Positions 42,372 through 56,606 of a DNA stretch of 64,000 bases are shown one piece after another. Source of the DNA: Nannocystis pusilla (GTDB lineage Bacteria; Myxococcota_A; Polyangia; Nannocystales; Nannocystaceae); assembly GCF_026626665.1 (NCBI RefSeq), contig NZ_JAPNKE010000002.1:3373168-3437167 (forward strand). The letters run 5' to 3'. Position numbers and translations under genes: made by a program. The notes beneath the pieces were generated by a model, which searched no databases, was not told the DNA's origin, and worked only from the letters and a program-made list of their open reading frames with translations. Position 1 is the first letter of the stretch; the number at the start of each line of letters is the position of its first letter.

Positions 42372-43056
42372 TCACTCCTTGTCGCGGACCGAGTCGCGCT
42401 TGCAGTTCTTTGTCACATCGAGCGGCAGCATCGCGGGATCTTCGAGGCGCATCGCCGCGAAGGTCGAGCCTTTCAGGTCGAGCGCGAAGGGCACTGACAG
42501 ATCGCCCTCGATATCCCCGCAGAAGAACTTCTCGTCGATGATGGTGGCGACCATCCTCAGCGTCGCCTCGATGTCGGCGCCGGTCACCGGATTGGCCGCG
42601 CCGGTCACCTTCACCAGGCCGGCGTCGATGTCGAACTTGCCGTCGGCGACGGGGATGTCCGAGTAGCACAGCGGGTCGCCGATCGGCTCGCGCGGCACGT
42701 TGACCTTGCCCTGCATGAGGCTCAGCGGCTGCAGGCAGGCCGCGAGGAGCGTGTTGCCCATCTCGTCGGTGGTCAGCGTGTTGGTGGCGATGAACTGCAG
42801 CGGCAGGTCGGGCGAGATGACCGTCGACACTGCCAGCAGGAAGTCGCCGCTGATGTCGGCCTCCGCGGGCATCACGTCCGGAGGCGGCGGCGGCATGAAG
42901 TCGCGATCGTCCTTGGTGTTGTCGAGGAACTCTTCGAACTTGGCCTCGGAGTCGGGGCAGCCCGCCAGCAGCGGCATCAGCAAGGACAGTCCGAGCAGCG
43001 AGGCGCCGGCCCGAGGACAGGGCACAGAAAACGATCGGGACATCCTGCGCATCACT
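42372..43056 (-). CDS. hypothetical lipoprotein
   Basis: Signal peptide + lipobox (LLMPLLAGC). The mature region is well-formed, but the upstream part of the long ORF is clearly non-coding artefact. Confidence 0.5.
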
Positions 43057-43136
43057 CTGCCGTGCATTTTGTCCGCCGTAAAGCAGTGACCTCGGTGTAA
43101 AGTGGCGCCGGTTTGTCGCCGTACGAGGTCACCTTC

Positions 43137-44609
43137 ATGTCGCTCGCTCGTCATGCGTCTCGCTCGCGCACCCTCTTCGCCTGTGGCCTGTTGACCGCCG
43201 CGCTCGTCGGCGCGAACGAGGCCCGGGCGTCCGGCCTCAGCACCGCGCGATTCGGCGGCGAGCACGGCCACGTGACCACCGACAACCCGACCGCGATCTA
43301 CTACAACCCCGCGGGTATCGCGCTGAAGCCCGGCACGCGGATCTTCGTCGACGGCAGCTTCGCGGCCCGATGGGTCAGCTACGACCGCCCGGAGTCCGCG
43401 ATCAGCAGCGCGACCGGCACCCCCGAGGGGGCCACCGACGCCAACGCCGGCGTCGCCAAGCTGTCCAACTTCATCGCCGGTCCGTTCGCCGGCGCCAGCT
43501 CGGACTTCGGCACCAAGTTCTTCTCGGCCGGCGCCGCGGTGTACTTCCCGTTCGGCGGCCAGTCGACGTGGAAGCCCAACGAGAAGTACCGCGGCAGCCA
43601 GGACTACCCGGGCGCGGTCGACGGCGTGCAGCGCTGGCACACCATCGACGGCAAGTTGCGGTCGATGTACATCACCGGCGCCGTCGCCTTCAACATCGCC
43701 AAGATCGGCCTCTCGATCGGCCTGTCGGGCAGCGCCATCCGCAGCGAGATCGACACCATCCGGGCCCGCAACGCCGACGGCACCGACGACCTCGTGGGCT
43801 CCGACGGCACCCTCAAGGAGGGTCGCAGCTGGCTCAAGGCCTCGGGCTGGCAAGGCAGCTTCGGCATCGGCGCGATCTGGAACTGGCGCGACAAGCTGTG
43901 GATCGGCGCCTCCTACACCAGCCGGCCCAACATCACCGGCAACATGACGCTGAAGGGCGAACTCAGCAACGCGTTCGGCACCGCCGCCGTGGCCCCCGCG
44001 GCGCCGATCGAGCTGCAGCAGCGCCTGCCCGACATCGTCCGCTTCGGCTTCCGCGTCCGCCCGGTGCCCAAGCTCGAGCTGCGCCTGTTCGGCGACTTCA
44101 CCAACTGGAAGGTGATGGACAAGCAGTGCGTCCTCGACGCCACCAAGGCCGATCGCCAGTGCGACTTCGCCAACGCCGACACCGCCCTCACCGACCCCGC
44201 GTCGTACGGCGGCGACGGCCCGGACGACAACGTCAAGAACGTCACCCAGAACATCCCGCGCTTCTGGAAGCCGGCCGGCGGCGTCCGCTTCGGCGCCAGC
44301 TACTGGGTGATCGAGGCCGTCGAGCTGTACGCCGGCCTCGGCTTCGACTCGACCGCCGTCCCCGTCCAGACCATCGAGCCCGCCCTGCTCGACTCCAACA
44401 AGATGACCTTCTCGCTGGGCGGCCGCTTCCGCCTGCACCAGCGCCTCCACCTCGGCTTGACCTTCACCGACATCGCCTACTTCAAGGTCGACACCAAGGG
44501 CCGGAGCGTCCTCAACAAGTTCCAGGCGCCGACGAAGGCCGCCAGCGCCGACGGCATCTATAAGCAGAACATCTTCCTGACGAACCTGTACCTCGACGTG
44601 AACTTCTGA
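43137..44609 (+). CDS. outer-membrane beta-barrel transporter, FadL/TodX (OMPP1) family
   Basis: Signal peptide, alternating beta-strand pattern, and a C-terminal aromatic residue (…LYLDVNF). Start resembles FadL (…ARFGGEHGHVTTDNPTAIYYNPAGIA). Confidence 0.75.
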   Translation: MSLARHASRSRTLFACGLLTAALVGANEARASGLSTARFGGEHGHVTTDNPTAIYYNPAGIALKPGTRIFVDGSFAARWVSYDRPESAISSATGTPEGATDANAGVAKLSNFIAGPFAGASSDFGTKFFSAGAAVYFPFGGQSTWKPNEKYRGSQDYPGAVDGVQRWHTIDGKLRSMYITGAVAFNIAKIGLSIGLSGSAIRSEIDTIRARNADGTDDLVGSDGTLKEGRSWLKASGWQGSFGIGAIWNWRDKLWIGASYTSRPNITGNMTLKGELSNAFGTAAVAPAAPIELQQRLPDIVRFGFRVRPVPKLELRLFGDFTNWKVMDKQCVLDATKADRQCDFANADTALTDPASYGGDGPDDNVKNVTQNIPRFWKPAGGVRFGASYWVIEAVELYAGLGFDSTAVPVQTIEPALLDSNKMTFSLGGRFRLHQRLHLGLTFTDIAYFKVDTKGRSVLNKFQAPTKAASADGIYKQNIFLTNLYLDVNF

Positions 44610-44614
44610 GCTGG

Positions 44615-44710
44615 CACCGGGGACATGTCCCTCGGGTCAGCCTGGGAGCCTGGCACTCGGGACATGTTCGCAAGGCCAGCCCCCGGTCGGCCGGCACTCA
44701 GGACATGTCG
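44615..44710. repeat. GGACATGTCC-family array, three units at 40-bp spacing
   Basis: cacCGGGGACATGTCCCtcggg / cactCGGGACATGTTCgcaagg / cactcAGGACATGTCggcgcg. Confidence 0.85.
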
Positions 44711-44739
44711 GCGCGCGGCCGAGGCCGTCGCCGGCGAGC

Positions 44740-45711
44740 TCAGTGCTGCGCCCGCGCCTCGCCCTCGCGGCGGAACAGCTTGCGGTACGTCATCGGCGAC
44801 GCGCCCATCACCTGCGCGAAGCGGTTGCGCAGCGTCGACGCGGCCGCGAAGCCGACGTCGCCGGCGATCTCCTCGAGCGACAGCGAGGTCGACTCGAGCA
44901 GCTGCTGGGCGCGGGCGATCCGGGCGGTGAGGACCCACTTCAGCGGCGTCGTCCCGGTCTGCTCGCGGAACCGCCGGCTGAGGGTCCGCGTGCTCATCCG
45001 GGCCCGCCGGGCCAGCGTCGGCAGCGTCAGCTCGTCGCGCAGGTGCCGGTTCATCCAGTCGAGCAGCGGCGCCAGGCTGCTGGTCGACGTCGGCGGCTCG
45101 TGGACGATGTACTGCGCCTGGCCGCCGCTGCGCTCGAGCGGGACGACCGCGAGCCGCGAGGCGTGAGCGGCCACCGCGGCGCCGTGATCGCTGCGCAGCA
45201 TGTGCAGGCACAGGTCCATCCCCGCGGCCCCGCCCGCCGAGGTCAAGATCCGCCCGTTGTCGACGAACAGCACGTTCGGATCGACGGTGAGCGTCGGATA
45301 GCGCCGGGCGAGCAAGCCGGCGGCGACCCAGTGCGTCGTCACCCGCAGGCCGTCGAGCAGCCCGGCCTCCGCCAGCACGAACGCGCCGCTGCAGATCGAT
45401 GCGATCCGCGCCCGCCGCCGCGCCGCCGCCCGCAGCGCCTCGAGCACCGCCGGCGAGGACGGCCGCGTCGGGTCCATCACGCCGGGCACGATCACGGTGT
45501 GCGCCCGCGCCAGATCGGCGAGGCCCCAGCGCAGCGCCAGCTGAAACGCCCCCGCGTCGACGCTCCGGGTCTCGCCGCACACGCGCACCTCGTACGGCCG
45601 CGCGCCCCCGGGCACCTCGGCGCGCCCGAACACCTCGCACGGCATCGTCAGGTCGAACGCGACCACCCCCGGCAAGGCCACCACCGCGACCACGTGCGGA
45701 CGCAAGGTCAT
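44740..45711 (-). CDS. AraC-family transcriptional regulator with N-terminal DJ-1/PfpI (GlxA-like) domain
   Basis: DJ-1/PfpI fold with nucleophile elbow (IASICSGAFVLAEAG). C-terminal AraC HTH (LARRARMSTRTLSRRFREQTGTTPLKWV...). Confidence 0.85.
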   Translation of the reverse strand: MTLRPHVVAVVALPGVVAFDLTMPCEVFGRAEVPGGARPYEVRVCGETRSVDAGAFQLALRWGLADLARAHTVIVPGVMDPTRPSSPAVLEALRAAARRRARIASICSGAFVLAEAGLLDGLRVTTHWVAAGLLARRYPTLTVDPNVLFVDNGRILTSAGGAAGMDLCLHMLRSDHGAAVAAHASRLAVVPLERSGGQAQYIVHEPPTSTSSLAPLLDWMNRHLRDELTLPTLARRARMSTRTLSRRFREQTGTTPLKWVLTARIARAQQLLESTSLSLEEIAGDVGFAAASTLRNRFAQVMGASPMTYRKLFRREGEARAQH

Positions 45712-46129
45712 GCTCCCACGCTCGCACGCGTCGCCGCGCCCGGGCAAGTGGCGAAAACGCCAACAAGTGCTCACTTCTCGCCACCGATGCGCCCCGCTCG
45801 AGCCATCGATCGCCATGGCGGAGGCACATGTCCTCGAGGACATCTGATCTCACCGAAGTAAAGCTCCCGGTGCTCGGCTCACCGAGCGCAGACCTCGCTC
45901 GCGCACGTCCGCACCCGGGCCGCCGCGTCCCTGCGTCCCTCGCTACAGCACCAGCACCGACGCCCTCGGCGAGGCTCGCTCGGGGCGCGAGACGAAGGTC
46001 ACCGGCGGCGCTCCGCGATCGACCGCCGAGTCATGAGGCGGCCTGCCAGCGAACCGAGCCGGCGCCGCCCCTCGCGCGCCCGCGCCGGGTGCTCTCGCGT
46101 TTCGCCGCGCGCGGGCTTAGCCTTGACGC

Positions 46130-47244
46130 ATGACCCCACTCGACGAACTCGCGGCCCTGCTGCGTCCGGCAGGCGGCGGGCTCTTCCTCGTCTCGACCGG
46201 GCGCGCCGAGCAGCTGGCGATGCAGCGCCGGATCTACGGCGCCGACGACGAGACCGGCGTCGACGCGGCGTTTCGCCGCAACCTCGCCGCGATCGCCGAC
46301 GCGCGCGTCGTCATCCTCGGCTGTCCCTCGACGTCGGCGCCGGCTTCCTGCGCGGCGCGAACGTCGGGCCCCAGGCGATCCGCACCGGCCTCCTCGCCAG
46401 CGACGCCGACTGGCCGGCGCGGGCCGCCGCCGCCGGCGTGCTCGACATCGGCGACGTGTTCGTCATCCCGCAGCTGCTCCACGACGACATGTTGAGCGCC
46501 GGCCAGCTCGCCGCCAGCCGGCGCGCGCTCTACGGCCACCTGCCCGAAGAGACAGCCGCCACCTTGCCGGTCTCGCCGCTGTCGATCGCCGAGCGCGCGC
46601 TCGACCTCGTCTACCAGCTCAACCCCGCCATCGTCCCGGTCGTCCTCGGCGGCGACCACTCCAACGCCTGGCCCGTGGCCGCCAACCTGGCCAAGCACCG
46701 CCGCGATCGCTGGGCCATCGTCCAGCCCGACGCCCACACCGATCTCCTGGCCGAGCGGCTCGGCATCAAGATCTGCTTCGCCACCTGGTCCTACCACGCC
46801 AACGAGCTGCTCGGCCGCGACGGCCGGCTCGTGCAGGTCGGCGTGCGCGCCTCGCGACACGACCGCGGCCACTGGGAGCAGGGCCTGGGCGTGCGCCAGT
46901 TCTGGGCCGAGGAGGTCAAGGCCGACCCCGCCGGCACGATCGCCGCCATCGTCGCCCACCTCAAGGGCCTCGGCGTCACCTCGGTCTACTTCTCCAACGA
47001 CATCGACGGCACCGACTCGCACTGGGCCGACGCCGCCGGCACGCCCGAGCCTGACGGCCTCGAGCCCGAATTCGTGGTCGAGCTGATCCGCGCTCTCGGC
47101 CGCGAGGTCGGCCTGTGCGCCGCCGACGTCGTCGAGGTCGCCCCGCCGCTCGCCCGCGACGGCGGCAAGCAGACCGTCGCGCTCGCGGTCCGCTACCTGC
47201 GCGAGAGCCTGGCCGCCATCGCCGGCCCCAGCCTCGCGCCGTGA
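46130..47244 (+). CDS. arginase/agmatinase/formiminoglutamase-family ureohydrolase
   Basis: Manganese-binding motifs GGDHS, DAHTD, SNDIDGTD. One frame interruption near 46320. Confidence 0.8.
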
Positions 47245-47249
47245 GAGAC

Positions 47250-47400
47250 CGGCTGTCCGTGAGGACAGCCAGGCCTGTCCCCGAGGACATCTCCCCGCAC
47301 CTGTCCGGACGGACAGCCGAGAAGCGGCCCTGTTCACTGTCCGCGAGGACAGCCAGTCCGGCCCGCAGGCACGCGCCGCGCCGCACCTGCCCGTTCGGAC
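47250..47400. repeat. TGTCC-N4-GGACA variant array (four or five hairpin units)
   Basis: ggCTGTCCgtgaGGACAGcc, CTGTCCccgaGGACA, CTGTCCggacGGACAGcc, TGTCCgcgaGGACAGcc. Confidence 0.85.
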
Positions 47401-47403
47401 AGC

Positions 47404-48190
47404 TCAGCCCGCGCGGCCCTGCTGCAGCTCGGCGATCCGCTTCTTCGCCACGTTGTTGCTGAAGTCCGAGCAGCAATCCATGCGGATGTACGTCGACCAC
47501 TCGTCGATCGCCTTCTGCGTCTCGCCCTTCGCCTCGTAGACCTGGGCGGCGCCGGCGTGGGCCGTCTTGTCGCCCTGGTACTTGATCATCGCCTTGGCGT
47601 AGGTCGTGAGCGCCTCGTCGAGCTTGCCCTGCTCGCGCAGCACGTCGCCGAGCTCGCTGTACACGAACTTGACCGCCTCGTCGTTCTTGATGACCTCGCG
47701 GAACACCGCCTCGGCCTGCTCGAACTGCTTCGCGCGGCGCAGCGCCTGGCCCTGGTGGAGCCCGTAGTTGCCGTTGTCGGGGTCGAGCTGCGCCGCCTTG
47801 CCCCACGACGCGGCCGCGTCGGCGTCCTTGTCGCTCTTCTCGAGCGCCGCGGCGCGGGTCGCGTGGTAGTCGGCCACGTCGCCCTTGGCGGCGATCGCCT
47901 TGTCGATCAGCTCGATCGCCTTGGCCGGGTCCTTGTCGCCGTACAGCCGCACCTTCGCCAGCAGCGCCTGCGCCTCCGGGTTGCTCGGCTCGACCTCGAG
48001 CACGCGCTTCAGCAGGTTCTGGGCCTCTTCCCACTTCTCGTCGTTGACGCGCGCGGCCGCGTTGGCGAGGTCCTTCTTCATCTGGGCCGCCTGCTCGGCC
48101 GGATCGACCGCGGGCGTGGAGTTGCACGCCGGCGCGAGGGCGGAGGCGGCGGTCAGGACGACGGTCAGGGCGCAGGCGGCGAAACGGGGC
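47404..48190 (-). CDS. TPR-repeat lipoprotein
   Basis: GTG start; signal + lipobox (LTAASALAPAC); at least four TPR-like repeats. Confidence 0.6.
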
Positions 48191-48384
48191 ACAGAGGGAC
48201 CTCCAGCGACTTCGGTATCACGCGGCGGCCCGCCGACACAAGGGCGGCCGCTCGCCTGCCGGCCCCGGCCCCTCGCGCGGCGCGGACCCGGGCCCCGCGC
48301 GCCCTTCGATCGCTCGCTCGCGGGCCGCTCGCGCCGGTGGCCGTTTTGGCGCGCGGATGATACGCTGGCCGCCTCCCGAGGCCG

Positions 48385-49652
48385 ATGTCCGGACGCGACT
48401 CCCACTCCGAAGACCCGCGCGGGCCCCGGCCGCTGCGCCCGCACGTCGGGCTCGCCGAGCCGAGCGACGACCCCGGCCTCGAGCTGGGCGCCGACATCGC
48501 CGATCCCGGCCTCTCCGGCCTCTTGCGCCGCGGGGTCAAGGCCGCGATCGCGCGCTGGGCCGTACTGCGACGACCTGCCGCCGAGTGGCCGCGCCCGCAG
48601 GACGAGGCCCGCCACGCCTGGGACGGCCGGCCGCACTTCGCCGAGGACTTCGTGTTCGTCGGCGTGCAGCCCGAGCTCGCCGTGCTCGCGCGCCTCGAGT
48701 GGTTGCCCGGCCGCGACGCCCACCGCGTCTGGCTCACCCTCTTCACGCCCACCGCGATCTACTGCCTCCCCGGCGGCCAGGCGCTGCTGCGCGGCGACGG
48801 CGAGCGCGGCTGGTCGGTCGGCGGCCTCAGCTTCGACTGCGTCGAGCCGCTGCGCACCTGGACCCTGCGTTACCGCGGCGCCCTGCACGTGCACGACCCG
48901 CGCGGCCGACCGCTGCGCCCCGCCGGCGACGCCCCCGCCGAGTCGATCGAGGCCCGCCTCGACCTCACCTTCCTCGCCGGCCTCTTGCCGTTCGTCCCCG
49001 GCACCGACGACGACCCCGACCTGCTCGCGCGCCAGCTCGGCGCCGCCGCCTGGGACACTCGCCTGCTCCGCGCCGTGCGCCGCCACCCGCTCCGCGGCTA
49101 CGTCCAGGCCGGCGATCTACACGGCACGATCACCCTCGGCCGCGACCTGCGGGCCTTCGGCGGCGCCGCCCTGCGCGTCCACAACTGGGGCGTGCGCGAC
49201 TGGGGCGCCAGCGACGCCGCCATGCAGTGCTTCGCCACGCTCGGCCCGCTGCGGACGTGGGTGCACACCGCCCGTTTCCCGTGGGTGAGCCTGTCCGGCG
49301 GCTTCGTCCAGCGGCCCGGCGGCGTCGTCCCGATCCGCGACCTCGGGGTCACGCAGGAGCGCCGCCCCGGCCGCGCGCCCGCTCGCACCGGCCTGGCCGT
49401 CGAGGCCCCCGGCGGACCGCTCGCCCTCGAGGCCGAGACCGTCGCCGAGCTCCCGCTCGACATGGACGGCCGCGGCCACCTCGACATCGCCCTCGTCCGC
49501 GTCCACGCGGGCGGCGAGCGCCCACCCCCGCCCGCGCCGAGGGCCCCCGCCTCGTCGCCGGCCCCGCGCGCCCGCCCGAGGAGTCGCACGGCTGGGGCCT
49601 CTGCTTCACCCAGCGCCGCCTGCTCCCGCGCCCCACCCCGCGCACCGGCTGA
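48385..49652 (+). CDS. hypothetical protein (C-terminus uncertain)
   Basis: Well-formed about 380-aa region with no recognised motifs. The 3' end runs into a repeat array and a C/G homopolymer tract. Confidence 0.4.
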
Positions 49653-49884
49653 CCTGTCCGTTCGAGCATGTCCGCCGGACCATGCCCGGGCCGCGCGGCT
49701 CGGCCGCTCCATCCGGCTCGTCCACCCGATGACCTGCTCATTCGGGCCTGTCGGCCGGACTGCGCCCAGGCCGCGCAGGTCGGCCGCTCGAATCCTGCGC
49801 CGCCTGTGCTCGCTGGACCGCTCCACTCGAGCGGCCCCGGGTAGCCGTCGCTATTCCGGTGACTTCCACGAAGCGACTGCCCTT

Positions 49885-49990
49885 CGATGGCATGACCATT
49901 CGGACATGTCCTTTTGACCATGCCCCATCAGGAATGTCTTTCCAACCATGCCCGAAAGAGCATGTCCATGAGCACATGCCCTCGGCGCCA
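49885..49990. repeat. GGACATGTCC-family array, seven units with 15-bp period
   Basis: GGACATGTCCtttt GACCATGCCCcatca GGAATGTCTttcca ACCATGCCCgaaag AGCATGTCCatgag CACATGCCC. A second, looser array lies at 49650-49760. Confidence 0.9.
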
Positions 49991-50046
49991 GGGAGCTCGT
50001 CGTGTCCGTCTCCGCTCGGGCGGCCGACCTGCCCGTCGCCCCCCGC

Positions 50047-50571
50047 TCAGCCGGCCTGCTCGTCGAGCTCGTCGGCGAACGCCTCGGCCGTCTCGGCGTC
50101 GGCCGGCGCCTCCATGTCGGGCGCGTCGGTGCGGACGAAGTCCAGCGGACCGAGCCCGCCGTAGCGGATCTCGCCGGTCAGCGCGGAGCCCTCGCGGTTG
50201 ATCAGCACGTAGCCGCCGCCGCGACCGCCGCGGCCGTCCTGCCACTGGAAGGTCACCAGGTTGCTCGGCAGCATCGCCCCGCCCTCGGGCGGCGTGGCCC
50301 GGATCTGGCGCAGGTTGCAGACGAAGCGGATGAGCCCGTCCTCGCTGACGAAGCGGCCGTAGTAGCGATCGCTCGCCAGCCGCTGGATCGACAGCGTGCC
50401 GAAGATGCCCGCGCTCTCGCCGACCCACTCGCCGGTGAAGTCGCTGGCCCCCTCCGGATAGACCTCGCCGGAGGGCGGCGTCACGTCGACCACGTCCGAG
50501 ACCCGCGCGCCGTTCGGCTTGCAGCCGCCGGCGAGCGCGAGCAGGAGCGCGGCGCGAAGGAGGCGAGCCAT
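50047..50571 (-). CDS. hypothetical lipoprotein
   Basis: Signal + lipobox (LLLALAGGC); about 170 aa. Confidence 0.5.
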   Translation of the reverse strand: MARLLRAALLLALAGGCKPNGARVSDVVDVTPPSGEVYPEGASDFTGEWVGESAGIFGTLSIQRLASDRYYGRFVSEDGLIRFVCNLRQIRATPPEGGAMLPSNLVTFQWQDGRGGRGGGYVLINREGSALTGEIRYGGLGPLDFVRTDAPDMEAPADAETAEAFADELDEQAG

Positions 50572-50717
50572 ACGAGGGATGGTGGATACCTCTCGGCCCG
50601 ATCCGACGCGGTTCGCTGCTTCCACGGCGGTGGCAAAAGTCACACGTTCTGGCCGCTCTGGGGCGCCGGAAACGCACGAGCGTCACGCCGACGACCTGAC
50701 TACAATCCCGCCCGGCG

Positions 50718-51473
50718 ATGGGCGCACGATTCACCACGATGTCCGCGCGGGCCTTCGGCCTCGTCGTCGGCATCGCCGTCGCCGGCGCCTCGCTGCCCGT
50801 CCACGCGCAGGGCCCGAGCGCCCCTGCCACGGCCCCCGCGCCTGCGCCTGCGCCCGAGTCCAAGCCCGCGCCTGCGCCGGACGCGAGCAAGCAAGATCCC
50901 CCCGCTCCGGGGCCTGACGGCAAGGAGCCTGTCCCGCAGACCCAGCCGGTCACCGCCCCGCCCCCGGCCGGGCAGGCCGACCTGGTGGCGCCGCCGAACA
51001 ACGTGTCCCAAAGCGCAGGTCTCGGCAGCACCGTCGCCACCAGCGACCCCGAGGCCAAGCGGGCCAAGGCCGAGCTCGAGGGCACCGCCCTGCGCGACAA
51101 GCCGGTCGACGGCGTCCCCGAGCGGCTGCCGCCGCTGCAGCGGGCCGGCTGGTGGTGTGTGTTCGGCGGCTTCGCCCTCGCCTCGACCGGCGGCGTGTTC
51201 GCCGGCCTGGCCGAGACCGAGGAGGACAAGGCCGCGCGGCTCATCGCCCAGCTCGACCCCGAGACCGGCGCCTCCCTGCAGTACGCCGACGTCAAGGGCG
51301 AGTACGACGACATCCTCGCCCGCGGCCGCCGCGACGCGGTGCTCGCCCGCAGCTTCCTCGCCGCCGGCGGCGTCGTGCTCGCCGCCGCCATCGGCCTGTT
51401 CATCGCCGACCGCGTCAAGCGCCGGCCCACCCGCGTGCAGGCCGGCCTCGGCGGCCTCCAGGTGCGCTTCTAG
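50718..51473 (+). CDS. secreted/membrane protein, Pro/Ala-rich
   Basis: Signal peptide ending VHAQG, PAPAPAP repeats, and two predicted C-terminal TM helices. Confidence 0.5.
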   Translation: MGARFTTMSARAFGLVVGIAVAGASLPVHAQGPSAPATAPAPAPAPESKPAPAPDASKQDPPAPGPDGKEPVPQTQPVTAPPPAGQADLVAPPNNVSQSAGLGSTVATSDPEAKRAKAELEGTALRDKPVDGVPERLPPLQRAGWWCVFGGFALASTGGVFAGLAETEEDKAARLIAQLDPETGASLQYADVKGEYDDILARGRRDAVLARSFLAAGGVVLAAAIGLFIADRVKRRPTRVQAGLGGLQVRF

Positions 51474-51494
51474 ATGGCCGAAGGAACAGGACCC

Positions 51495-51884
51495 ATGCGC
51501 CATGTCGCGAACGCCATGTTGAGCGGCCTGCTGTTCGGGTCCGCCGCGCTGTCGGCCTGCTTCAACGCGCCCAGCGACCCGGTGCAGTTCGCCTGCGAGC
51601 CCGACGACGCGGGCGAGTGTCCGGCCGGCTACGAGTGCCGGATCGACGGCTGCTGCCACCGCGAGGACACGCCCGACGACGACTCCGTGGGCGCGTGCAA
51701 GCTCGGCGCCACCGGCGCGAACCCTGGCGATCCGCCGCCCCCGCCCCCGCAGACGACCACCGAGACCGGCACCGACAGCGACGGCACCGCCGGCACCACC
51801 GACGCGACCGACGCCACGGGCGCGACCACCACGACCGGCGCAACTTCCACCGGCGGCGCCACCACCGGCGACACGACCTCCTGA
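51495..51884 (+). CDS. Cys-rich lipoprotein with Thr/Gly-rich tail (paralogue family A)
   Basis: Lipobox AALSAC; CEPDDAGECPAGYECRIDGCC; tail TTTETGTDSDGTAGTTDATDATGATTTTGATSTGG. Confidence 0.5.
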   Translation: MRHVANAMLSGLLFGSAALSACFNAPSDPVQFACEPDDAGECPAGYECRIDGCCHREDTPDDDSVGACKLGATGANPGDPPPPPPQTTTETGTDSDGTAGTTDATDATGATTTTGATSTGGATTGDTTS

Positions 51885-52125
51885 AGCCGCGGGGCGGCGC
51901 CTCCGCCCCACCGCACGCGCCGGGCCTGCCTCACGGCGCCTCGCCCTCACGGCGCACGCACCTGCCTCCCGGCCCCCTGGGCCATGAACTTTGCTTCACG
52001 GCCCACAGGGCCACTTGCACCCGGGCGCCTCTGGCCCGATCTCATGGAGCCCCCTCGCGGGGCTCTTGCTACGCGGCCCCACCGGGCCGAAAACCGCGGG
52101 CTCGCGGGCCCGCAGCGACACGGGG

Positions 52126-52860
52126 ACGATCGTGGGACTCAAGGACCTCTTCAGCAGCGCGGGTCGCAGCAAGAGCAAGCTCGACAAGCACATCAAGACC
52201 GTCCAGAACCAGTACGCGCAGTCGGCCGACCGCTACTACGCGATGGAGCAGCTGCTGGAGATGGCCGAGATCCCGGCGATCGTCGGCCTGATGAAGCGGT
52301 TCACGATGAACGCCAGCAAGTCCATCGAGGACGAGGAGGAGAAGGGCTGGCTGTACAAGCGCCTGCTCGGCCTCCCGCTCGACACCGTGCTGCCGGCGGC
52401 CAAGGAGTTCTGCCTCCAGAGCGACAACATCGCCTGGGTCTTGCGCGTCGTCGAGGAGCTGGCGAGCAAGCAGCAGGAGTGGGACATCCTCGACGCGCTG
52501 CTGGCCCACCACCCGCCGGGCTACGAGCGCGACCCGAGCGCCAAGCTGCAGCTGCTCACGCACCTGCAGGAGATCGACGACGCGCGCGTCCCGGACATCC
52601 TCGCCGGCTACCTCGAAGATCCGGACGAGGGCGTGCGCTTCTTCGCGGTCGAGGCGCTGCTCGACATCGGCGAGCCGCGCTCGCTCGGCCCGCTGGTCGC
52701 CCGCCTCGGCAACCCCGCCGAGGACTCGCTGCGCCTGCGCACCCGGATCCTCACCGGCCTCGCGCGCCTCGGCTGGGACGTGAGTGCCCACCGCGACGTC
52801 ATCAACAAGGCCATCGGCAACGACCACACCTTCGACGGCACCCACATCAAGGAGCGCTGA
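52126..52860 (+). CDS. HEAT-repeat protein
   Basis: Repeated HEAT/PBS-lyase-like motifs (DEGVRFFAVEALLDIGEPRSLGPLVARL). Likely GTG start; the annotated long ORF begins upstream at 51991. Confidence 0.55.
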   Translation, partial: TIVGLKDLFSSAGRSKSKLDKHIKTVQNQYAQSADRYYAMEQLLEMAEIPAIVGLMKRFTMNASKSIEDEEEKGWLYKRLLGLPLDTVLPAAKEFCLQSDNIAWVLRVVEELASKQQEWDILDALLAHHPPGYERDPSAKLQLLTHLQEIDDARVPDILAGYLEDPDEGVRFFAVEALLDIGEPRSLGPLVARLGNPAEDSLRLRTRILTGLARLGWDVSAHRDVINKAIGNDHTFDGTHIKER

Positions 52861-52866
52861 TAAGCC

Positions 52867-56117
<3,251 letters not shown>

Positions 56118-56121
<4 letters not shown>

Positions 56122-56606
56122 CCGAGCAGAAGATCCCGATGACCCCCGCCGGGTACGCCAAGCTGCGCGCCGAGCTCAAGCAGATCAAGGAAGTCGACAG
56201 GCCCGAGAACGTCCGTGACATCGAGACCGCGCTCGGCCACGGCGACCTGCGCGAGAACGCCGAGTACCACGCCGCCAAGGAGCGCCAGGCCCAGCTCGAC
56301 GGCCGCATGCGCTACCTCGAGTCGCGGATCGGCATGGCCCAGGTCATCGACCCCGAGACCGTCAAGGAGAACAAGGTCACCTTCGGCGCCACGGTGACGA
56401 TGCTCGACGTCGAGAACGACCAGAAGGTCGTCTACCAGATCGTCGGCGAGGACGAGTCCGACGCCACCCACGGCAAGATCTCGCTCGGCGCCCCGATCGC
56501 CCGGGCGATGCTCGGCAAGCGCGTCGGCGACGAGGTCCTGGTCAAGCTGCCCAAGGGCGACCGCGAGTACGAGGTCGTCCGCATCGAGTACAAGGCCATC
56601 TCGTGA
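56118..56606 (+). CDS. greA: transcription elongation factor GreA
   Basis: 162 aa with coiled-coil N-terminus ([16 protein letters not shown]...) and conserved acidic tip residues (DLRENAEY). It overlaps the carB stop. Confidence 0.95.
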
